Shown here in pieces: positions 57,289 to 64,000 of a DNA stretch of 64,000 bases. Source of the stretch: Marispirochaeta sp. (lineage in GTDB: Bacteria; Spirochaetota; Spirochaetia; JC444; Marispirochaetaceae). The DNA is taken from contig CAXXFF010000004.1 of assembly GCA_963676835.2 (NCBI GenBank), positions 96,001 through 160,000 on the forward strand, in the 5' to 3' direction. Position 1 is the first letter of the stretch. Each line of letters opens with the position of its first letter. The notes below the pieces were generated by a model. It made no database searches. It was not told where the DNA came from and saw only the letters and a program-made list of their open reading frames with translations. A program made the translations under genes and the position numbers.

Positions 57289-58275
57289 TCAGGGAACAGG
57301 TACGGCTTTGAGGATCATGGTTATAATGTCTTCCGGTGACAGCTCTTCCGATTCCGCCTCGTAGGAGAGTATGATCCTGTGCCGGAGCACATCGTATACT
57401 GTCTCCTTAACGTCTTCGGGAAGGACATAGTTTCTGCCGGCAAAGAGTGCCCGGACCTTGGCAGCCCGGTAGAGAAAAATGGTTGCCCGGGTGGATGCTC
57501 CGAACTCAATGTAGCGGGTAAAAGAGAGGCGGGATGAATCCTTCTCCCGGGAAGCGGTAATTATTGAGACAATATACTCTTCAATCCGCTCATCAACCTT
57601 TATCATCTCCGCTGTTTCCCGGATATTGTTGAGAATCCCCGGGGTAAGCACCTTCTGTACAAAAACCTTTTTCTCAACCCCCATGCGGCGCAGAATGGTC
57701 AGCTCATCCTGGGGATCGGGATAATCGATCTTGAGCTTCATCATAAAACGGTCGAGCTGGGCTTCCGGCAGAGGATAGGTTCCTTCACTTTCTATGGGGT
57801 TCTGGGTGGCCAGAACAAAAAAGGGCTTGGGCAGATAGTGGGTCTGATCTCCCAGGGTAACATGCCGCTCTTCCATTGCTTCCAGCAGGGCGGACTGAAC
57901 CTTTGCGGGGGCACGGTTGATCTCATCGGCAAGAATAATATTGGCAAAAACCGGCCCTTTCCGGGCGACAAACTCGCCGGTCTGCTGACGGTAGATCATG
58001 GTACCGATAAGGTCTGCCGGAAGAAGATCCGGGGTAAACTGCAGGCGGCTGAAACTCGCGTCCAGCACCTCCGCAAGGGTTTTAACTGCAAGGGTTTTGG
58101 CAAGACCCGGAACACCTTCAAGGAGCACATGCCCGCCGGCAATAAGCCCCATAAGCATACCGTCAACCATGGCCTCCTGGCCGATAAGACGTTTGGCGAT
58201 CTCACGCCGGCACCGGTTAAGCTCACTGCTGGCCCGGTCTACATTTGCATCAATCTGTTTAGCAACACTGCTCAT
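57289..58275 (-). CDS. moxR: MoxR family AAA+ ATPase
   Basis: EGVPGLAKT, QFTPDLLPAD, ADEINRAPAKVQSALLEAM, ATQNPIE, LPEAQLDRF. Confidence 0.95.
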   Translation of the reverse strand: MSSVAKQIDANVDRASSELNRCRREIAKRLIGQEAMVDGMLMGLIAGGHVLLEGVPGLAKTLAVKTLAEVLDASFSRLQFTPDLLPADLIGTMIYRQQTGEFVARKGPVFANIILADEINRAPAKVQSALLEAMEERHVTLGDQTHYLPKPFFVLATQNPIESEGTYPLPEAQLDRFMMKLKIDYPDPQDELTILRRMGVEKKVFVQKVLTPGILNNIRETAEMIKVDERIEEYIVSIITASREKDSSRLSFTRYIEFGASTRATIFLYRAAKVRALFAGRNYVLPEDVKETVYDVLRHRIILSYEAESEELSPEDIITMILKAVPVP

Positions 58276-58304
58276 GTATATATCCTTAACTCACTTTTCA
58301 CTTT

Positions 58305-59585
58305 TTAACTGCGGTATTCGGCATTTTCACGAACGTATTCGTAGGAAAGATCACTCCCCCAGACAAGGGCTGATCCGCTGCCCTTGTTGAGATTTATCTC
58401 GATGGACACCGTTTCATAATGCTCGGGGTAGCCTTTCAGTTCCGGGGAGAAACTTTTTGCCAGAAGCAGATCACTTATGGCCGTCTCCTTTTCCGGACTG
58501 AGGTTAAACTCCCCTGCGGCAAAAACATCATAACCGCCGAAGCGTATATGAAGACTGGCCGGATCAAGAACAATTCCGTGGTTCCCCGCATAATCCCCCA
58601 ACGCAGCCACCAGGCGCCCCAGATTGGGGTCGTTGCCGTAGATTGCAGTCTTTACCAGAGGAGAATTGACTATTGCCTTGGCAATTCCCCGGGCTGCATC
58701 CCTGGAAGGAGCACCGGAAACAGAAAGCTCTATTACGTGGGAAGTTCCCTCGCCGTTACGTACAATATCTCCCGCAAGCAGACGGCAGAGCTCCTTCAGA
58801 GCGGCAGCAAAGGCATCCGCATCGGGTCTGCCCGATTTTCGGGAAGAGAGAATAATTGCCATATCACTGGTGCTCTGATCGCTGTCCACGGAAATGGCAT
58901 TAAAGGAATCTTCCACCGCAATTTTAAGAGCACTCTTCAGTTCCGTCCGGTCGAGATCGGCATCGGTCAATATAAAAGCCAGCATGGTAGCCATGTTGGG
59001 CTCGATCATCCCCGCACCTTTGGCTATTCCGACAATCCGAACCCCGTCAACTTCGACGGACCGTACCTTGGCAAAACGGTCGGTGGTCATTATTGACTTT
59101 GCCGCAGGCAGAACCGTTTCGGACTGAAGGTTTTTCACCAGCGGTTCAAGACTGGCAGATATTTCTGTTTCGGGTATACGCCAGCCGATTACCCCGGTTG
59201 ACGCATAGAGATACTCACTGCCCCTGCCTCCGGCATGCTCTGCCAGAACATCGGTTACCCGCTTTGCCGATTCAAGTCCGCCGGGAGCGCAGACATTGGC
59301 TACCTTGTTGTTTACCAGAACACCCCTAAGCAGATGTCCGCCTATCCGTTCTCTGCAGAGCAGAACCGGAGCTCCGGGAAAGGCGTTCCGGGTAAACACC
59401 CCCGCAAAGGAGTCTGTACCGCCGGTAACCTCGATAAGTGTGGTATTCATGGGAAAAAGTTTATCTCCCGGAAGCTCGGCAGGATGAAACTCAAGCCGTC
59501 CGGTACTGACCCGGAATCCTTCGGGAAGCAGACTCTGCGCTGCCAGATCTTTTTCATATTCTGCTGTACTTTCGTAAACCGCCAT
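58305..59585 (-). CDS. argJ: Glutamate N-acetyltransferase / ornithine acetyltransferase ArgJ
   Basis: GVFTRN, NNKVAN, STGVIG, IMTTD, KGAGMIEPNMATML (autoprocessing Thr), DSDQSTSD, NGEG, SPLVKTA, NAEYRS. Confidence 0.95.
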   Translation of the reverse strand: MAVYESTAEYEKDLAAQSLLPEGFRVSTGRLEFHPAELPGDKLFPMNTTLIEVTGGTDSFAGVFTRNAFPGAPVLLCRERIGGHLLRGVLVNNKVANVCAPGGLESAKRVTDVLAEHAGGRGSEYLYASTGVIGWRIPETEISASLEPLVKNLQSETVLPAAKSIMTTDRFAKVRSVEVDGVRIVGIAKGAGMIEPNMATMLAFILTDADLDRTELKSALKIAVEDSFNAISVDSDQSTSDMAIILSSRKSGRPDADAFAAALKELCRLLAGDIVRNGEGTSHVIELSVSGAPSRDAARGIAKAIVNSPLVKTAIYGNDPNLGRLVAALGDYAGNHGIVLDPASLHIRFGGYDVFAAGEFNLSPEKETAISDLLLAKSFSPELKGYPEHYETVSIEINLNKGSGSALVWGSDLSYEYVRENAEYRS

Positions 59586-59591
59586 CAGACT

Positions 59592-59621
59592 TTTATAGTA
59601 CGGCAGGGAACAGGTTTGCAA
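59592..59621 (-). promoter_or_regulatory. Sigma70-like promoter of argJ, apparently leaderless
   Basis: Minus strand: TTGCAA, 18 nt, TATAAA, 6 nt, ATG 59585; no SD. Confidence 0.45.
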
Positions 59622-59691
59622 GGGTATGATTTCCCAAAGGCTTGAGAAAAAGTACATTAAAGAGCAATATAAATGGTAAGGAGTAATGTGT

Positions 59692-60264
59692 ATGATTTTT
59701 TCCGAGCTTGTCAGAAACACCCGCAGCTTCCGCCGCTTTAATGAAAATGATCCTGTTCCGTCAGAGATGGTCAAAGAGCTTATTGACCTGGCCAGGATCT
59801 GCCCCAGCGCAGCCAACAGGCAGCCTCTGAGATACAGAATACTCAACAGTCCGGAAGACCGGCAGAAACTCTTCCCCTCACTGCATTGGGCAGCATACCT
59901 CAAGGAATGGCCCGGGCCGGCGGAAGGAGAACGGCCTTCCGCCTACATTCTGGTAATGCTTGATACAAAAATTACCAAAGAAGCGGGCATCGACATCGGT
60001 ATAGCCGCCCAGACTATCCTCGCCGGTGCGGTTGAGCAGGGCTACGGCGGTTGTATGTTCGGGGCAATCAAAAGGGACGCAATCCGGCAGGATTTCTCCA
60101 TTCCGGATCATCTGGAAATCCCCCTGGTAATAGCTCTGGGAAAACCGGCGGAGAAGATTCTCCTGGAAGAGACCGGAGACGATGGTTCCATCAAGTACTA
60201 TAGAGACTCCTCCGATGTCCACCATGTCCCGAAAAGGCCGCTGTCTGAGGTTCTTTTGGATTGA
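59692..60264 (+). CDS. Nitroreductase family protein
   Basis: RSFRRF, PSAANRQP, DIGIAAQTI, VIALGKP, PKR; AAGGAG SD. Confidence 0.92.
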   Translation: MIFSELVRNTRSFRRFNENDPVPSEMVKELIDLARICPSAANRQPLRYRILNSPEDRQKLFPSLHWAAYLKEWPGPAEGERPSAYILVMLDTKITKEAGIDIGIAAQTILAGAVEQGYGGCMFGAIKRDAIRQDFSIPDHLEIPLVIALGKPAEKILLEETGDDGSIKYYRDSSDVHHVPKRPLSEVLLD

Positions 60265-61106
60265 TGGAAGATCTTATTCCCCTGACCAACTACCATACCC
60301 ATAATGAACTCTGTGACGGCAGGGGGGATGCATCGGAGTATGTTGCAGCGGCGCAGCAGAAAGGCTTTAAAGCCCTTGGTTTTACCAGCCATGCTCCCCT
60401 CCCCTTTGCAAACGAGTGGACCCTGAAAGAAGAAAACCTCCTGCCCTACATTAAAAAAATACGCTCACTTTCTGAACCGGAGGGTCTGGAAATATATCTG
60501 GGGCTGGAGATAGACTTTATCCCCGGCAAAATGGGCCCCGCCGAAGAACGGTGGAAAACCCTTGGCCTGGACTACACCATCGGATCAGTCCATTCATTGA
60601 GACCCGGGGAAACTGATCTTTCCATTGACGGCCCGGACAATGAGTTTCTGGCCCTGCTCAACGGTGAATTCAACGGCGACGGAACAGCAATGGCTGTCGC
60701 CTACTTTGAATATCTTGAAGAGATGATTAAGGCCGGAGGATTTACCATTCTCGGCCATATGGATCTGGTAAAGAAAAAAAATCTGCGTTTCTCTTTCCTC
60801 GACGAGAAGCATCCCCTCTACCGGGGGGCAGCCTTAAAGGTTCTGGACAGGCTCGCCTGTACCGGGATAATTCTGGAGATTAACACCGGAGGGATGTACC
60901 GCAAAGCCACCAACGAGGTCTATCCTTCACCGGAAATCCTCAAGGAAGCCTTTAGCAGGGATATACCCCTGATGATAAATTCCGATGCCCACACTCCGGA
61001 AGCTCTGGACTTTCATATTCCCGAATCCCGGCAGCTGGCAAGAGAGGCGGGGTACCGGAAGATAATGATGCTGCTGGACAGAAAATGGCAGTCCGTTACA
61101 CTTTAG
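60264..61106 (+). CDS. PHP-family histidinol-phosphatase (HisJ/HisK type)
   Basis: NYHTH...CDG, GFTSHAP, GLEID, IGSVH, GHMDL, EINTG, NSDAH; TGATG coupling. Confidence 0.85.
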   Translation: MEDLIPLTNYHTHNELCDGRGDASEYVAAAQQKGFKALGFTSHAPLPFANEWTLKEENLLPYIKKIRSLSEPEGLEIYLGLEIDFIPGKMGPAEERWKTLGLDYTIGSVHSLRPGETDLSIDGPDNEFLALLNGEFNGDGTAMAVAYFEYLEEMIKAGGFTILGHMDLVKKKNLRFSFLDEKHPLYRGAALKVLDRLACTGIILEINTGGMYRKATNEVYPSPEILKEAFSRDIPLMINSDAHTPEALDFHIPESRQLAREAGYRKIMMLLDRKWQSVTL

Positions 61107-61184
61107 ATCTCCGGAGAGATTTGCATACCTGTAATGGAATTGCTTATCTTTTATTCAGGCGAATATACGTAAAGGAGGCAGCTT

Positions 61185-62048
61185 ACGGAGAATCCAGACC
61201 AGGATATCCAGACCGATGAGGACCTGAAAAAGAAACTCATCGAATGCTCAAAAGCCTACAGGGAACGAACAGATCAGTTCAAACGTCTCCTTGCACAGGC
61301 AAGGGATATGACCGAGGTTCTGCGCAGTAACTTTGAAGGCATTGTTCACATTCTGAACGATGTAATGCTGCAGGCAAATCCGGTAATGGGCAGCCACGCC
61401 CGCCGCTGCTCCGGTCTTGCCAGAAGTATCGCCGGCGGCCTGAAGCTGAACCCCGACAGGCGGCGGCTGGTTTTCTACGCCGCAACCCTGCACGATATAA
61501 GCCTTATTGGAAAAAAAGAAGAGTGGCTCGATATGGACAGCTCCGGCTGGCTTGAACATCCGGACCAGAGTGCAGCCTTGGTTAAAACAGTTCCCAACCT
61601 CAACCGGATTGCCGCCGTTATTGCCGCTCATCACGAGCTGATGGACGGATCAGGCTTTCCCCTGGGGCTTAAGGGGCGGCAGATTCCCGTAGAAAGCCGT
61701 ATTATTTCCGCAGTGGTGGAATATGACCGAAAGACTGCCATAGATGGTAAAGATCCGGGGGAAGTCATCGACAGCATGCAGAGTTCCGGCAGCTACGATG
61801 ATGATGTTCTAACCATTCTTGAATCCATTGTTAAGGAAAACAGGGCACGGAGAAAATCCGGAGACCGGCTGGTCGGATCAGAGGACCTGATCCCGGGTAT
61901 GATCCTCGCGGACGACCTCATTCTCCGTAACGGCATGCTGCTGTTTACCGCAGACACTGCTCTTGATGAAAATGCCCTTGAGAGGATTCGCTCCTTTGAG
62001 GAGATGCTGGATTCGGAACGGCTGATTCGGGTGTATCCCGGAGCATAG
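61185..62048 (+). CDS. HD-GYP-like phosphohydrolase; start probably ACG 61185 (first ATG is 61308)
   Basis: HARR, LHDISLIG, HP, HHELMDGSGFPLGL, SRII; C-terminal LIPGMILADDL segment; AAAGGAGG lies 6 nt before an in-frame ACG. Confidence 0.8.
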   Translation, partial: TENPDQDIQTDEDLKKKLIECSKAYRERTDQFKRLLAQARDMTEVLRSNFEGIVHILNDVMLQANPVMGSHARRCSGLARSIAGGLKLNPDRRRLVFYAATLHDISLIGKKEEWLDMDSSGWLEHPDQSAALVKTVPNLNRIAAVIAAHHELMDGSGFPLGLKGRQIPVESRIISAVVEYDRKTAIDGKDPGEVIDSMQSSGSYDDDVLTILESIVKENRARRKSGDRLVGSEDLIPGMILADDLILRNGMLLFTADTALDENALERIRSFEEMLDSERLIRVYPGA

Positions 62049-62069
62049 AGCCGGAGAGGACAGAAAGCC

Positions 62070-63215
62070 ATGAGAGAAACAATACTGGCCTCACTGAAAG
62101 ACCAGGAGATAATTCGCCGTATAGAAAGGATCTACCGTAAAGCTCCGGTTCGGGAGCTGAAGGATTCTGACAAATACATTATCTTCTCCGATATTCACAT
62201 AGGCAACGGAGGCCGGGCGGATGATTTCCGCCGAAATTCAGAAGACTTCATGACTATCCTCCGCGAGCACTACTTTCCCGGAGGCTATACACTTGTCCTG
62301 AACGGCGATATTGAAGAACTGCAGAAATTCACCATGAAGGGGATTCAGAAACGCTGGGCCGGGATATTCAGGATTTTTGAACAGTTCCATGCCGCCGGCA
62401 GGCTGATAAAAATCATCGGCAACCATGATCTTGAACTTTCCACAGGCAGGTTCAACAGTATCAACAGCAATCTGCTGGAGGCCCTCAGACTGGAATACAG
62501 GGGAAATACCCTTTTTCTGCTTCACGGACATCAGGCGGCAAATATTTTTCACCGCTATAACGATTTCGTTGGATTTCTGGCCAAGTTTATCGCCTACCCG
62601 CTGGGAATAAAAAACAGGACAGCCGCTCATAACTCAAAACGAAAGTACACCGTCGAGAAGGGAGTCTACCGCTTCTCTTATCTGAAAAAAATTGTATCCA
62701 TCATCGGACATACCCATCGGCCCCTGTTTGAAGGAATCAACAAGCGGGATTCACTCCGCTTTGCCATAGAACGTATCCTGAGGGACTATCCAGAGATGTC
62801 TGAAGAGGATAAAAACGGTGCACAGGAAGAAATCACCCGGCTGAAAACAGAACTGGAAAGCCTCGAAGGAAAGGAGCGCAATTGTCCGGATTCAAGTTTT
62901 TATCACAACGCCGATATTGTTCTCCCCAATCTTTTTAACTCCGGCGCAGTGATCGGCAGGCGGGGGATGACCGGAATAGAGATAGAAGAAGGGAATATAT
63001 CTCTGGTTCACTGGTTTGATGAATCAAAACGCAAAAAATACCTCAAAGGAACTCCAACCACCCAGCTGCCCGGAACCAGTCTGCACAGGCGACTGATAAA
63101 GAAGGATCACCTCGAATATATCTTCAACCGCATAACCCTGCTTGGATGGGTTGAGGAACATGGGGAAAAACATAAAAAAGAAGAGCATAACAAAGGAACA
63201 GACCCGGGTGAATGA
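62070..63215 (+). CDS. Calcineurin-like metallophosphoesterase
   Basis: SDIHIG, NGDIEE, GNHD, HGH, GHTH, NSG. Confidence 0.88.
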   Translation: MRETILASLKDQEIIRRIERIYRKAPVRELKDSDKYIIFSDIHIGNGGRADDFRRNSEDFMTILREHYFPGGYTLVLNGDIEELQKFTMKGIQKRWAGIFRIFEQFHAAGRLIKIIGNHDLELSTGRFNSINSNLLEALRLEYRGNTLFLLHGHQAANIFHRYNDFVGFLAKFIAYPLGIKNRTAAHNSKRKYTVEKGVYRFSYLKKIVSIIGHTHRPLFEGINKRDSLRFAIERILRDYPEMSEEDKNGAQEEITRLKTELESLEGKERNCPDSSFYHNADIVLPNLFNSGAVIGRRGMTGIEIEEGNISLVHWFDESKRKKYLKGTPTTQLPGTSLHRRLIKKDHLEYIFNRITLLGWVEEHGEKHKKEEHNKGTDPGE

Positions 63216-63468
63216 GAATCAGGTTTTTCCCTCAAGGGTGCTGATAAAGGTAATCTTTCATGCCAGAAATACCGAGGCGGATGCCAGACGCATGATTACC
63301 GCAGCGCTGGTTCCCCTCGGTCAGATCCCTTCCGGATTCAGTTCCCGCCTGAGCAGGCAGGGGCGCTGGATGAGTGTCAGTTTTTTCTGCGAGATTCCCG
63401 CCAGAGAGACCCTGGATCTGGTTTATGATGAGCTTAAAAAACTGCCGGACGTTAGAATGCTTCTCTGA
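63208..63468 (+). CDS. YbeD/DUF493-like ACT-fold protein
   Basis: FPSRVLIKVI...SRQGRWMSVS...VYDELKKLPDVRMLL; GTG overlapping the upstream stop. Confidence 0.7.
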   Translation: MNENQVFPSRVLIKVIFHARNTEADARRMITAALVPLGQIPSGFSSRLSRQGRWMSVSFFCEIPARETLDLVYDELKKLPDVRMLL

Positions 63469-64000
63469 ATTCCGTCAGCCAGGCCTGAAAGACGGGCCTG
63501 CAGTAATCGGGAAGCCCGGAGAGAACCTTTTCTACAGATTTTTCCCGATCCAGCTTGCCGGGCTTTTTTGAATAAAAACAGTCTGCGTAACAGATAAGCT
63601 TCTCTTCCCAGGAACGGGGAAGCATATCCCGGTGAGGAAGATCCATCTTTTCCCGTATAATATCCTCCCGGCTCACACCGGTAAGAAAATGGCGTTCACA
63701 CACCAGAGCATGCTGAGGCAATCCGGCATCATCGAGAATTTTCCGCCCGATAATGCCATGATGCAGATACGGCGCGCTTCCGCTGCAGTGGAGAGAGGGA
63801 GTATTGGTCCCGATCATACCGATATCGTGCAGCATTGCCGCATCCCGGAGAAAAGTAAAATCCGTGGCTTTGTGGGAAAAGCGGCGGGCAACTTTTTCCG
63901 CTTTATCCGCAACCATCCGGCCGTGTATGAGCAGAATCTCCCGGGCCTCGGGATGTTCAGCGTACACAGAATCTATTAAATCCAATACATCAAAGGGAGA
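63452..64000 (-). CDS. HD (HDIG) domain phosphohydrolase; frame stays open to the window edge
   Basis: HGRMVA, MLHDIG, HGIIG, ERH, CYAD; in-frame SPFDV precedes the TTG at 63985, so the start is probably outside the window. Confidence 0.88.
   Translation of the reverse strand, partial: SPFDVLDLIDSVYAEHPEAREILLIHGRMVADKAEKVARRFSHKATDFTFLRDAAMLHDIGMIGTNTPSLHCSGSAPYLHHGIIGRKILDDAGLPQHALVCERHFLTGVSREDIIREKMDLPHRDMLPRSWEEKLICYADCFYSKKPGKLDREKSVEKVLSGLPDYCRPVFQAWLTEFREAF

Noticed and set aside
59586..59903. 106-aa N-terminal extension of ArgJ from the ORF track
   Set aside because: It overlaps the divergent nitroreductase gene; a promoter directly before ATG 59585 gives a normal-length ArgJ.
1..64000. 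rRNA, tRNA, riboswitch, CRISPR, IS, prophage or defence systems
   Set aside because: None recognised by eye and intergenic gaps are mostly under 150 bp; a covariance-model scan would be needed to exclude small RNAs.

Overview
A gene-dense, mostly core chromosomal segment of an anaerobic or microaerophilic bacterium, most likely a spirochaete (Spirochaetaceae-like). The taxonomy is inferred from the spirochaete-type CheY, the RlpA-like/SPOR protein, a LoaP-type NusG paralog and the DbpA-domain protein. I found no rRNA, tRNA, CRISPR array, IS or prophage. Recognisable content: the 3' end of a DEAD-box helicase, a yejABEF peptide ABC transporter, two MCPs, a frameshifted XylR-type regulator, a diguanylate cyclase, cheY-hflX-srkA, a methanogen-type homocysteine/sulfide assimilation triad (DUF39, NIL-ferredoxin, UPF0280), a hybrid histidine kinase, ligA, dksA, infA, a moxR-bat operon, argJ, a PHP phosphatase and HD-domain genes. 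The best candidates for uncharacterised systems are three. (1) A tightly coupled ~8.6 kb operon led by loaP joins a PglF/PglE-like amino-sugar pair to a xanthine-dehydrogenase-like triad and a DUF4954-like beta-helix protein; the large subunit has lost its Moco and catalytic motifs while the FeS and FAD subunits look intact. (2) An ompA, K+ channel, stand-alone cNMP-binding domain, Hpt and CheA(P1-P2)-receiver operon has no kinase. (3) A catalytically dead DEAD-box protein carries a DbpA domain and a possible internal start. Also seen: an apparent ACG start codon behind a perfect SD, several apparently leaderless genes and a sigma28-like promoter. All calls come from reading motifs by eye; no database searches were run.
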